From Podarcis gaigeae (Eukaryota), in NCBI GenBank assembly GCA_964106915.2, contig OZ066914.1: a stretch of DNA of 64,000 nucleotides; one strand, written 5' to 3'. Below the pieces are notes generated by a model that worked only from the letters and a program-made list of their open reading frames with translations, was not told the DNA's origin and did no database searches. This document shows, piece by piece, positions 38,131 through 50,999 of the stretch. Both the position numbers and the translations under genes were made by a program. Position 1 is the stretch's first letter. Every line of letters starts with the position of its first letter.

Positions 38131-40020
38131 CCTATATGCCAATCAGAAATGTAGTTTTCCAGTTGCAGGAAAATGGGATGGCTTATTCCTCAGTAACTAC
38201 CATATCTTTCTGGTTTTACATGAATATTTTTATTTGTTATGTCTGTGTCTCATTCTTCCTCCAAGCTGCTCAAGGAAGTATACTTGGGAGGTTGTCTGGT
38301 TTCTCCTTGCATCACCACCGTGAGGAAGTTTAAGTCCATGCATAATAGCTAAGCAGTGATGTAAACCCAGATCTCCCCAGTCACAAAGGTCAGCTACATA
38401 TTATGTGCATAATCTGCTATTGGATCACTTGTTATTTAAAAGACAAAATGTAGATGGGGGAGGGCTGCCAATTTATTTGAAGCAGAGTATATGCATACAA
38501 CTTTCCTCCTGCACTGTTTTCCTAAAATTATCTCCCCAAGCAAGAGGGAAAGTGCCTATATTTTCCCCCATGCAGGGCAAATGCAGCTGTGTGAAAGATT
38601 TTGATCAGGAAAAAAGTGCAAGGAGAGACGTATAAAAATACACATCTCATGTACTGCTCCAAAGAAATAGGCAACCTTCCCCACCCACACCCCTTGTTCC
38701 TGTGCCCCCATTTAAAAAAATTGGGAGATCATGATAGCTGGCTCCAAGCCTAGAGATCGATCTAGCCACACTACACCACACTGGTTCTGACTGGTGTTAA
38801 CAGCCTTTTTTCTTCTCAATGAACATCCTTTCCAAAGCAACCTTCTGCACTGAAGAAGTTGTCTTATGCCTAATATACAAGATACAGATACAGCAGAGAT
38901 GGAGGTAGTAGAGAGTGCTATGGATCAACATGAGGGCAGATTTACAGAGTTATGAAGGAGCCCAGAACTGACATAGCACAATGCAGGCTTGTGTTTCCCC
39001 GCAAATCTGAAAATTTTATTTTAGAAATCTGTAAGAAATCATGGAGTATGTTTACTATTTTTTATGTTATCGTGATTTTAAAAGGATTTGTTGCAACACA
39101 ATATTTTAGTTTATAAACCACGTTGTATAACTTATATAAAAGTAGGGAATAGATAGGGGGAAAGTTAATAAACAAATGAACAAAAGAGCCCTTGTAAGCA
39201 TATGTATGCTTGGCAGTGGGGAGGGCGAACTAATTATGTAAACAAATATTCCACCTACAAGTTAGTGTAGAACTCACTATATGATTGATTAGAGCAGGCT
39301 AAGCGCCATTTGGATAAGCCAACAATTTGTGCTACCAAAAACTAAAGGGAATTTAGTACAACAGGGGGGAAATCAGATACACTTGCAGGCCCAAGCAGGA
39401 TTCAACATGTTGTGAAACTTTCGGCTGACAAAGGAGAAGCAGCATGGGATGACAGGTCAGAAACTACTATATGGAAGAGAGTCTCCTAGCTTGTGGGAGG
39501 TGGGAAGAAGAGAAGATGTTGTGTGTATCACATTATGGCTTCACTGCATGGTGTGTTTGTGGATCCCACGAACAGGGTAGCTGAAAAAACAATCCGGCAG
39601 ACGTATTCGACTCAGTTTCCAGTAAACGTATTACCTATTATTCTTGAACATACGTGATAACTTTAAAGCACATTCAAAGCACATTCTTTCTCTCAAACAA
39701 TTCTGGGCACTGTAGTCTACCCCTCACAAAATCACAGAATTACAAGTCCCAGCAGCCCTTAAAACCCACAGTGCACAGAATTATTTGAGCTGGCAGTGGG
39801 TGGGGATGTGCTTTAAATGTAGTATCCACACTTTGCATTCTGAAATCCTGTACTGGATAGTGGAGCAGCTGCTTTCACAGATTTTGTTTTTACACATTTA
39901 TTTACTTCCGTAGCATACTCATAGAAATAACAATGACAACAAGTATTTAGCAACACTGTGTCCCTGGTGCTCAGGTATCCTTTACAATCCTGTCACCCTT
40001 GTTGTAAGTGACTTCCTAAT

Positions 40021-40184
40021 CAGTGGCGTAGCGTGGGTTGTCAGCACCCGGGGCAAGGCAAGTAATTTGTGCCCCCTAACCCGTGGATTTGCGTCCCCTA
40101 ACCTGTGGATTTGCGCCCCCTAACCCTAACCCCCAGATGTTGCGCCCGGTGCAGCCGGCCCCCCCTGCACCCCCTACGCCACTG
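40021..40184. mobile_element. hAT (Ac-type) MITE containing CCCTAA-bearing subrepeats
   Basis: 11-bp perfect TIR CAGTGGCGTAG/CTACGCCACTG; perfect 8-bp TSD ttcctaat. Confidence 0.9.
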
Positions 40185-42343
40185 TTCCTAATGAAAAGTT
40201 AATGTGGAGATGTGAGGAGATAATTCATTCGGGCCAAAACAGGTGGAATTCCCACTTATCATCAGTAAGTACGCACTGTCACACAAATGATAACACCAGG
40301 GGCAAAGTATAATTTACACAGCCCTCAGAGGGAGAGTTTGAGTTTCAGCCCACTCTTGCTAGTGCTATTTGGTGTGTCCAGCTGCCTGAAGAGACTGAGA
40401 GAGCAAATCCCAACACAGAAGCTGCATTCCCTTAGAGGCCATTCATATACGGTATGTTATTTTCCCCAGCTCTCATGGTCATTTTTATTGCTCAAACAAG
40501 TGACCTTGAAAATAAATCAACTGCCATGTAGTAAAGGATTTGGAAGGTTGAATCCATCCAAACAAGTCATTCCACAGTCACTGAAAAGCCCCAAGTGAGT
40601 TTATGGCATTTGTTGGATGATGGTGCCCATCACCTGCAACTTTTCCATGCCTTTCACTAAGCATGAATGGAGAGCAAGGCTAGTTTGTGACTGCCTTGCA
40701 GTGGAAGTATAGTCGTGGGGTGGTGCAGAATTCTGAATACCTTTGCAATTCTTTGTTTACTTCAACAAGTACAAGTCATTTTATTATGGTCAATTACCAG
40801 TATCAAGACAAAAACACAAATACTCAGAGATAGCGAGATAGCGTTCTGGGTCAAATCCGATATTCCCGCTGAGGGTTCTGCAATTGGTTCAGAGAGTCTG
40901 CCTCTGTATTCTTCCTCTGTCCTATTCTCCGACAACCCCCAGGCAAAGAACAGCTCCAGCTGCCAACAAGTACTTGTGTCATGCACTTAAAATTATCATC
41001 ACCCCAAAATGTACCACAGCATCAGCACATGACCAGTATTGTTATTAGTAGAATTTGGCAGGATGCAAGGAATTTTGCGGTGATGTGATAAACGAGCTTG
41101 TAATTTTTTATTATTTTGAATTTTTTTTATTTATCATATGTTTCACTGTATTTGCATATAGTGTTGCATGCCACCTTGACATTTTATATGTGTGGGTGGT
41201 ATATATATATTTTTCAGAATACGTAAATAAACTCTATCCATCCATCTGCTGGGTCCAAGTTCCCTGAGATTTTAATTTTAGCTCCATCGTGCAACAAAGC
41301 CTAGGCATTGCCTCATCTTGCCGTACTGCAAAAAGCCTGTTTGGATCAGCTTGCACAAAGCACACACATGCTAAATTAACTAGGAGTGGAGATAGAAGAA
41401 ACATTTTTAGAGTAGTTGGGTTAGTTTGGAAATGCCCTCACTGCTCTCAGCCCCATCTCTCTCCTCTCCAAGGTCAAGCACTTTATGGGGGGGAAAAAAA
41501 CTAGTTCTGCTAGTTTGCAGCAGAAGCCAACAGCATATAGTGTTAAGCGGACAGCACCCATGACAACACGAAAAGCAAAACAAAACCCTATCCCCAGAGC
41601 AGCATTATGCATCTTCTTTTAAAGTTTCCTTTCTTCTTTTAATACATCAATGGTTAATGGATAAACATACATGTAGGAGGCTTTGAAAATTAGAAAAAAG
41701 GGGAGAGTCCAGATGACACACAGAGGAGGAAAGGGACAAAACCGAGAACTAAGACAGCACTTGATGTTGTAAGTTTACCCACCAGCCATTTCAGTAGCAA
41801 AGCCAGGAGACACTGGACTCGTCCTTTGGCGGAGGAACCTGTCCATGTGATCCACTGTGAAACCTGTTTTAATAAAGCACCCACCTTCCACTTCAGTGTC
41901 AGCCTTTAGTTACCCTGCTGTCTATACATGATGCCCAGCACTTCCTTTGCCCTGTAACAGTGGTGTAAAAATCAGTCCTACTGGGTAAAGTGCCCCACTC
42001 CAACTGAAGTGAGAGCCTGCTGCATTGCTTTCACACAATGGATAGCCGTTCCAGAATGAATGACTATGAAGTAGTTACTTAACAATTAAATAAGCTGCTT
42101 TATTTAATATACCTTATGAATATACAGCCCTAGCTCTGAATCCCCCAGGAGTTGCAGCTATATGGGTTTTAAACTGACCCACTTGTTAAGCAGTTGGACA
42201 CGTTGAGATATGGTCTTGTGTTCATCCCTCCCCATTTCTTTCAGCCAGCCAAAGATTCAGATAACAGAGGTAAATTGTTCTTGAAGTGTCTGCCTTTGAT
42301 CTGCAGACTTAATCTGTTGCAGAGGAGAAGAGAGCACTTATTC

Positions 42344-42380
42344 GTGTGTGTGTGTGTGTGTGCGCGCGCGCGCGCACGCA
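42344..42380. repeat. (GT)n(GC)n alternating purine-pyrimidine tract
   Basis: Direct reading. Confidence 0.9.
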
Positions 42381-45166
42381 GTGAGTGTGTGGAGCTTTGA
42401 ACTCGCTCACCACTTATTGCTAACTATGGATAGAATTCTTATTTTGGAACTGAATCTAAGACTGTGCACATATTACAGGCTTAAAACACAACTAGGGTGT
42501 TATTTTTCCTCAATTAAGATTGGAGCCAGTTCCAGGGGGCGGGCACAGAATACATGGAATACTTCATAGGAGAGATACAGGAGAGATCTGGATTGTGGCT
42601 AATATCGTGTGTCCACTGTTTCTCAAACCAGCGGTGGGAGCACACTGGATTCAGAGCAAAAGGGAGTATGTACACAGCCAAAAATCTCTGCTCAGTATAT
42701 ACTTGAGCAAATCACTGTTTTTCAAGCTTCAGTTCCCCCATCTGCAACAAGGCCACAGTACGTAAGTACCTACCCTTTAGGACTGTTGTGAGGGCAAAGC
42801 AACAACAGAGCTAAAATTGGCACAGATTATAATTGCTTCCAGGCATTGCCACGTTACAACAAGTGTTGAACTGTGTGAAAAGTGGTTGCTATGCTGTACA
42901 CCCCTCTCTTTCTTATTCCTTTTAAGACTTCTAGAGCTACTTGTGCTTTAATGCAAAAAGAGTTCTTCTGTGTTGGGAGTACAAGGACAGGAGCCAAGGG
43001 TTCTTACACATGTAATCACCCCCGGATGTTTTATTTATTTATTATGCACTTCGAAAGGCAAGATATGCCTCTTAAGAGGTAAATTGTACTGAAATCAACA
43101 CAGCTTAGTTTTTGAATGATGCATTGGATCAGGATGTAGAAGCATTACATATTTTATACATTTGTAAGGCTAACAATAGCAGCACTAGCAAAAGCCAAGC
43201 CCTTTTCCCTCTTGGGGAGGAGTCATTGGTAGATTCAGATAATTAACCCTGGATGAATCTCCTGCTAGGGTTCTCCTCATTGTTTCGAGGGAGACTTGAG
43301 GCAGCACAAAACTAGACTTCTTCTGATCTCAGCTGTTAAATGAAGCAGGTGTAATGTAAACATTCAAATGCCACTACTGCCCCTCTCCTTGTAGCAGCTA
43401 CTATGCCACCATGCATGCTATCACTTTGGAAAATAAAATGTCAGGTGTTAGGAAGTACTGAAGAAGAGGCCACCAATCATAAATTTTAGAATTGGGGATG
43501 GGTGTCATGGTCAGCTCCGGCTGAAAAAAAGCCCACACATTACAGATGTTTGGGATGAGGGTGCTCTGGCTAAAAGCAAGTGGCTTGTCTAAGGTCACCT
43601 AATGAGTTTGAGGCAAAGATTAGATTTAACTGCAGAGTCTACAATGTAGACTTCTTCGGTCTGCAACGCTATCCCAGCTCTCATATCTGTGTGTACACAC
43701 AGCCCTGCAATCCATCCGTTATGAGTAACTTGGGTGCAGATGTCTCCACAGCCAGTTTCAGTTCAGCCTTGTACATTGTGGTCCCCATTGTCCCAGTCAA
43801 TTGGACACTTACAGCAGCTTGCCCAAGACAGTACTCAGATGCATTGTCAAATGTGTTGGCAGGGGGAACCCTAGAGCTAACAGAACATGGATGTTGTAGG
43901 TCAGAGGGGCTGATATGTACATAGGAGAAATACAAATCTGTGTTATATCTGCCTCTGGCTATAGCAGACATTTTTATGAGCATTCCAGCAACCATAATGA
44001 TGCATATCTGTATGCAGTTCTCTCCCTCCCTTTCCTATTCTGCTGCTTTCTTTATCATGTATGGTGTCTGACTAAAAAGGAAGTATGAATTATGTACAGC
44101 TGTCACTCTTCCTCTGTCTGGAATGCATCCCACCATTGCCCCTCCTAGTTTCTCCAGCTCAGAAACAGGCTGAAGCAGTTCTCAACAAGCTCGAGTGGTT
44201 GACTTTGCAAGCAAACAGCGCTTGGACCTTCACCTGACATACCCTCTTATAGCCTCCAATGCCTTAACCACCACCACAATCCAGAAACTAACCACTGGCA
44301 GGCCTACATTTGAACTCCTGAATGCATGAAAAGGGAGCTTTGGAATGTTGCACAGGGGTGGAGAGAGGTACCCAAAAGTAAGAGGTAGGGTCCCCTCTGT
44401 CACTTGCCTACAATTTACGACACCGTTGCAGGCCACCATCACAGAAAAACCCCAAAGTTTTCTTCCCAAGTTAAAATTTGTAACATTCAGTGAATTGTAT
44501 AATTATCCCATCCCGAGAGCTGCCAATGGAACCTCCACTCACAAAGGTGGTTGTTGCCATGGGGAAAGTGAGGTGAAGGTGTCACTTTTTGCTCAGGCTA
44601 TTTCCAATAGATAAAGAATTGGCACCAATGGGAGATTTTTTTCTTATTATAAAAAAGTCAAAGGGGTTGCCGTGTTAAGTCTCTTGCAGTGAAAACAATC
44701 AAATAATATTGAGGCACCTTAAAGATGAGTAACATTTATAATGGCTTTCGTAGACTTAAGCTTGCATCTTCAGATGCATTTAATGAAGTGGCCTTGGGTC
44801 AGTGGAAGCCTCTGCCAAGACTCTTTGATTGTTTTTCATTGGGCATGGAATGCTGTTGGACGGGGCTGGGGGACAGGATGGGAAAGCCTGTGGGTGGGGA
44901 ATTAAGTCAAGTATTTCAAAGAGCATGGCTGGTTGCCTAGAACACTGAAGGAGGAGCACTCCATACTGCAACATTTTATTCCAGGTTCAAAACATTTTCC
45001 GGCCATTTAATGGTGCCCACTAAATCCTTGTAGAATGCCTCAAGGAAAGAAACAAAGAGTTGGAAATACATTGTTTTGTTACACTGAAAAGAGGGAGGAA
45101 AATGAGATCACATGAAAATGAAATGCAATATATAGAGACTGTGAGAACTGCATTAAAGTTTTAAAT

Positions 45167-45261
45167 CAGTCATAGGCAAACTCGGCTTTCCAGGACCAGT
45201 GGTCAGGGATGATGGGAATTATAGTTCAAAACATCTGGAGGGCCGAGTTTGCCTATGCCTG
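45167..45261. mobile_element. Internally deleted copy of the palindromic hAT MITE
   Basis: TIRs cagtcataggcaaactcggc / gccgagtttgcctatgcctg; perfect TSD ttttaaat. Confidence 0.88.
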
Positions 45262-46700
45262 TTTTAAATGAATCTAAAATAACAACAGTGACAATTCAAC
45301 AAGTAGTGTTAATGATATACAAACATGCTAGCATTGGTAAGTCAATTATCCACCTACATGTGTTAAGACTACATTCAGGCACAGATGATAGAAATGAATT
45401 TCTGGATGTTATGCACACCAAATTGGTTATATTTCTCAGTCTTAAAAAACCCAGAAGTTTGGCTATGTGTTCATTCTGCAGAGCTTCTAAACATTTTTTA
45501 AAAACCCAATAATAAAGCAAAAGCTTCATATAAAAGGGCATAGGCTTTGATGTGAAAAAAAATGAGCTGTTTGCCACTTATTATCTGAGTTTTTTAAAAA
45601 ACTGACTAGAGGTGTGCTTTTGTACAGGCATTGCAGGGCAAGGGAGCGTTCAGTCTATAAAGGCTAAGGGAAGACAGCAACAAAGTCAATCAGCCCAAGA
45701 AGCAGACACTTGAAAAAAAAAGTAGCAGACTCAGAATAATGATCGCTGTGACCAGGGCGAGGCCCCGCTGTTGCAGGAGGAGAGGCGGCAGCACGCACAT
45801 GAGACAGCACACAATGAAAAGAGTCACAGCAGGAGGGACGATCATAATCTGTCCTAAAAGCAATTTTTAAAAAGGGACTGCCAATTTTATTTTGCCATTG
45901 CAAAGATCTGAAGATTGCTGAGGAAAGACTTATGTGGTAAAAATGTAAGTGCCTATTATTAACTTTTATATATTCCACATCTCTAAAATTGTGCTAGATT
46001 ATGAAGTAACCAGAGGCATATGTGCTGAAGAAGAAAAACGCCACCATGAATAACAAGGTGCCATATTTGAACAAAGGGAGAAGGACAGGAGAGTTCACTT
46101 CCCTTTGTCCATATGAGCCCCCTAGGGTAGCTTTTTGCCAGTGAATGATGTTGGGACCACAACTCCCATCAGCCCCAGCCGGCACAGCTGGGAATTGGAG
46201 TCTGACAAAATCTGGAGGGCGTCAGATTGGCACAGGCTGCCCTAGGATGAGGCATGTTTTGGCCATTGTTATTCAGTAGCTTCTTGCCTGTGAAATTTGA
46301 TAGGCATGGCTGGGAGAGCTAGCAGGATGTTCCAGCTCTGATTACAGTCATGCCTCTTCTACTGCACCTCTCATCATCTCCCCTGCAGCAGCTTCTACCC
46401 CACTTTGCTCAGCCCCTTCTCCTGTCTCTATCACTGTTGCCACCACCGCCAGGCTTCAACATCTGCTCTCACTTCCCTAGGGCAGGCACACCTTGGTTAG
46501 ACTGTGCTTCTCCCTAAATAGATTGGATCAGCTCTAGAGAGTGCCAGTGCCACCTTCTACCTGAAGGAGGGGAAGAGATGGGAAAGGGCAGAGGAGAGGA
46601 GGGGAGAGAAACCGCCCCCAGTTACCCTACATCTTCTGCACCAGAATCAGGGCACCTCAACTCCATCACTTATGAGAGGAGGGAAGAGGATGTTTTGCAG

Positions 46701-46863
46701 GACTTCGACTTTCCATTCTGGGTATGGTAAAATTTGCAATAGCTCATTCAGAACTGTAGGATCGGTGTAACTGAGGGCACATCTGTGCTCAAGTTACAAA
46801 GATCCTATAGATCTGGATGAGACACTGCAAATTTCACCATACCCAGATTGGATGTCTAAGATC
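46701..46863. repeat. Long imperfect inverted repeat (~80-bp arms, tiny loop)
   Basis: ctgggtatggtaaaatttgca...gtaactgagggcaca pairs with tgtgctcaagttac...tgcaaatttcaccatacccag. Confidence 0.88.
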
Positions 46864-49822
46864 ACTTCAGTTTACTGTGTCCACAAGAATTGCACATGCA
46901 CCCTGCACCTTGTTTTAAGGTACTTCTATTGTTTCTCAAACCAGCTCCACACTGATTGGGGTCCTTAAGCTGTCCCTAATTTGTTTCTAGCCAAGGTGTG
47001 AGCACCTTTTAATGTGAACACACCCTTACAGCACAAGTTTAACCAGGTTTACTCAGAAGGAAGTCCCCATGATTTGAATGGGATTCACCTGCAGGTATGT
47101 ACGCTCTGAATGGCGGCTTTCCTTCTCTTGGATATAAGACCACATCACACGGTAAAGCATGTGCGTCATTCAAGCTGTGAAAAGCAAGTTTTCAGAAGCC
47201 TCAGCACAATATTCCAACCACTAGGAAGTTACATTGTTGACCTAAATTAACTCCCCACCACACAAAATAAAGCTGCTCCTATTGGATTTCTGCCTGTCCT
47301 GTAGCTCTTAAAGACACACCACGCTGTCAGGCTCAGGGCAGTGACTAAAAGCACATGATGAAGAAGCCTTGTCTGGATACAGGAACCAGTGTCTGCCACC
47401 TTGAATATCTATTTTAGGTCCAACAGAATCCTAACAAAGGGAGGGTGGAATGGAGGACTTTAGCAGTATCATTCCCCAAACTCAAAATAGAAGTGTTTCA
47501 TGCCTTCATTGAATTAACAAGGTTTCAAACCTGTTTAGGATCAATGGTTTGCACTGAGACATGTAGGATTGTGGGAATACAGGCAGGAACTGGGATCTCC
47601 TTTCAGGTAGGCCCATCCTTCTCCTGTCAGCCCAAAGGACAGCATTGCATAGGACAGGACAGACATACCAGTGCAGGGTGTGGGACTAGACTCCACAATT
47701 AGAACTAGAGTGACAGATCAAAGGGTGGGTGCAGTCATCAAGAAAGCGAGCTCCAGGTGTGTCCAAGAGCTTCCTAACCTCTGGTGTTCTATCGTTAATC
47801 TCAGTGTAGTTCAAAGGCTATATGGCAACACCATCCAGTGTTGTGGATCTGCCACTATTCAGCAATCTCATATTCCAGAGATAGTAATCTCTGAGTATTG
47901 CAGAGATAGTCAAGCAGGTTAGCTGCTAATTGCGCCTTTGATTCCAGGAACTGTCCTTGTTCCCATTTCACGGGATGTCAAACAATGACAAGACTGAAAC
48001 TAGCTCATGAGGGAGAAACCATTGGGACCAGCACCAAATGTATCCCAAGGTCTTAACTGAACACTTCCATCCCGCTCTTCACTGCAGCACTTCCAAGGTT
48101 GGAGAACAGTAAACGGTGCCTTTGACTTTACATTTGGGATCCACCATCACACCCTGATAATGCAGGGGTGGCTAACCTGTGACCCTCCAGGCATTACTGG
48201 ACTCTAACCCCATCAGCATGGCCAATGGTCAGGGGTGATGGGAGTTGTAGTCCAGCAACACCTGGAAGGCCACGGGTTCTCCAGGTGTATACAATGCACC
48301 TGTCTCTGCGTAGATGCACTATATACTGAGAAGTTAAATTATTACTATTGGTGCACATGGTTCTACTCTGCACAATTTAATCCTCACAACATCCCTACGA
48401 GTTAGATTAGGCTAAGAGACAGCAATTGGCCTTAAGCCGCCCAGTGAGCTTTATGACTGAGTGGAGGTTTAAACTCTGGCCTCCCAGTTGCATTTAGCTG
48501 CATTTTGACATGGGTAATGAACTGATAATTATTTCCAACTGGTAAAATACGCCGAGTCCGTTGAGGCAGAATCACAAGAAACGTAAGGAAGAAAATCCCA
48601 AACTAGTCTCAGGTTCTTGTGAGAAACTTTCTACCTCTATTGTTTAGCCAGCACCTGAAAGAGGAAACAGTCTGACTCTGCAAGCAAAGGAAACTTTGTA
48701 CCGTACTGGAACCTTGCCCTGGCGTTTGTGGCAGGGTGTTTACATGAATGGAATATGTCAACCTGATAGGGGGTCATAAATTACAAGCCACCTCTCCTAA
48801 TCTCTGAATTGCAATCTAGGTCTCCAAATGCAGAGGTGAAAAACAAGCAGTGGGAGCAGCACTAAAATATGTCCAACTTCCATGTAAAGAGACCCACTTG
48901 GTTCCTTCCAAAACACTTTTGTGGGTGTGGCAAAGGAGAGCCTAGTAATTAAATGCAGCATAATTGTCACTGGTGCCATCAAGGAAACTGGAAGGATTTC
49001 AAGACTATAATTCTACTGAAGAGAGGTGACATCTTCCCATCTCCAACAGAGGCCTTCTGTTAGCTACTCGACTAGCAGGCATTACAGCAGCGCAAGCGTC
49101 TTTAGTTCAGTGGTACTGTGGGTGGTGAAAACTGCATCAGATGATTTTTTTGCCTGTCACACAGCTGTTGTAGGTGCAGCACCTTTCTCAGGATGACTCA
49201 GGAAATGCAGAGTGTGAACCCTGCTGTTGAAAGATGCTTGCTCCATCTCTCCTCTAACTCAATATGGGGAAATGGATAGTTATCAGTAGAGCATGGAAAG
49301 CTCAAGTTCAAATCCATATCCTGCTCAGCCATCAAGCTCACTAGGGCTGCCAGTGAGCTACTCCTATGCACCTGGGTGTAAATCCCACGACACCGAGGAC
49401 TCATCCACAACTTCCCTTTGTCCCATAATAACTGAGTAGCTAGGACAGAGTGGCAAATAAAACCAACAGTGTTAACATTTAAGCAATCCCTCCTGCTTCC
49501 TCAACATAGTGCTAGGTTTTGATCAGGGCTGAGAAACCAGTGGCTCCCTAGATGCTGCTGGACTCCAGCTGCTATCATTCCTGATCACTGGTCATGCTGA
49601 CTGGGGCAGATGGGAGTTGGGAGTCTGCTGGGCCACAGATTCCCTAGCCCTGCTGTACATAAATTGTGTGGATGGGAGAACTAAAGAAGGTTCACCTACT
49701 ATTGTCCCTGACAGTATTATGCCCTATGGGGCAGCTTGGGAGAGGTGAGGGTGTTTTATTCCCTCAGGTTAAGCCAATTATTTAAGTGAGACAATTGTCC
49801 ACAGAACCAGGGTTGCTTCCCT

Positions 49823-50030
49823 GTGTGGTGCAGTGGTTAGAGTGTTGGACGAGGACCTGGGAGGCCAGAGTTCAAATCCCCACTCAGCCACGAAGCTCAC
49901 TGTGTAACCATAGGCCAGTCACTATCTCTCAGCCTAACCTACCCAACAGGGTTGTTGCGAGGTAAGATGGGGAAGATGAGAACCACACCACCCACCTTGA
50001 GATCCTTGGCTGGAATATAAATGTAAAATA
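49823..50030 (+). mobile_element. tRNA-derived SINE (Squam3/MIR-like)
   Basis: gtgtggtgcagtggttagagtgttggac (A box), gagttcaaatcccc (B box), ctctcagcctaacctacc core. Confidence 0.75.
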
Positions 50031-50999
50031 AACAACATAAAAGCTGCGAAGGAGTAGTCCAGACTAGGTTGGTAAGGTTAGCATAATGTTACCATAGGTA
50101 TAGTGGCTCCAGGAAGAATGATTGTTTTGCAGACAGCAGCAGGAGGCAAAGAACTAGTAGAAATTACTTACATAGTAAACAGCTGGAGAAACCGAGAGCA
50201 GTTTAAGCGCAAGGTATGGGGGATATTTGACTGAATCTCATGCTTGATTAAATCTATGGGGCAAGGCAAATTGCTGGAGAGGAGAATTCGTCTGCTATCT
50301 CACTTAGTCATTCTCAGTTCTGACTAACCTTTGTCTGGCCTGCGTATCTTGAGTGTGACCCAGACGAAACCTTTGAGCAGGTCCACGCCACCTTCCCAGA
50401 GAGGACGCTGTCTTGGTAACACAGCCCTATTATTATCATAAAAACTATTGGCAACAGTTTCTCCTTCTGTCTACGATAGTTAGCATATAAACCTACGGCA
50501 CTGGCTGGCCTGACTAAGCCCGCAACCACCCCAACAAGGGCATATTCCTGGTTGAAGCATCTGAATCAACAACACAGCTGGGCTAACTCCTCCACTGCAC
50601 TTTTTTGCCCGGAGCCATTTTATCACACGGTTTGATTAATGCAGCTGCACCCCCAAGAGTTAGAAGAGTTCGCACAACAAACAGGAGAGAGGGTTAGGAG
50701 TGGTGAGCTTTGATCTGGGAGGCCCTGAAGTTCCCATCTCACCTCACCCTTGAACTCCCCAGGGCTGGCTTCCACCAAGCAACTGTTTTCTCAGCCTAAT
50801 GAGAGTAGCAACGCTGACTTACCTCGCCAGAACACTGCAACAATTTCCTAGATTAATGGGTGGCATCCAACTAACTTTTACTCACAGCAGACCTACTGGA
50901 ATCAGTGAGCCTGAGTCACGTGCACTCATTTCTGTGGGTCTACTCTGAGTCAAACGTAGTTCAATACCGACCCTTCCCAATTCCCACACAATCGACCCA

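Noticed and set aside
40715-40990. Overlapping ORFs with slightly raised CpG in intron 1 (also 43580-43995) as a nested gene
   Set aside because: No homology recognised and no convincing splice-site pair.
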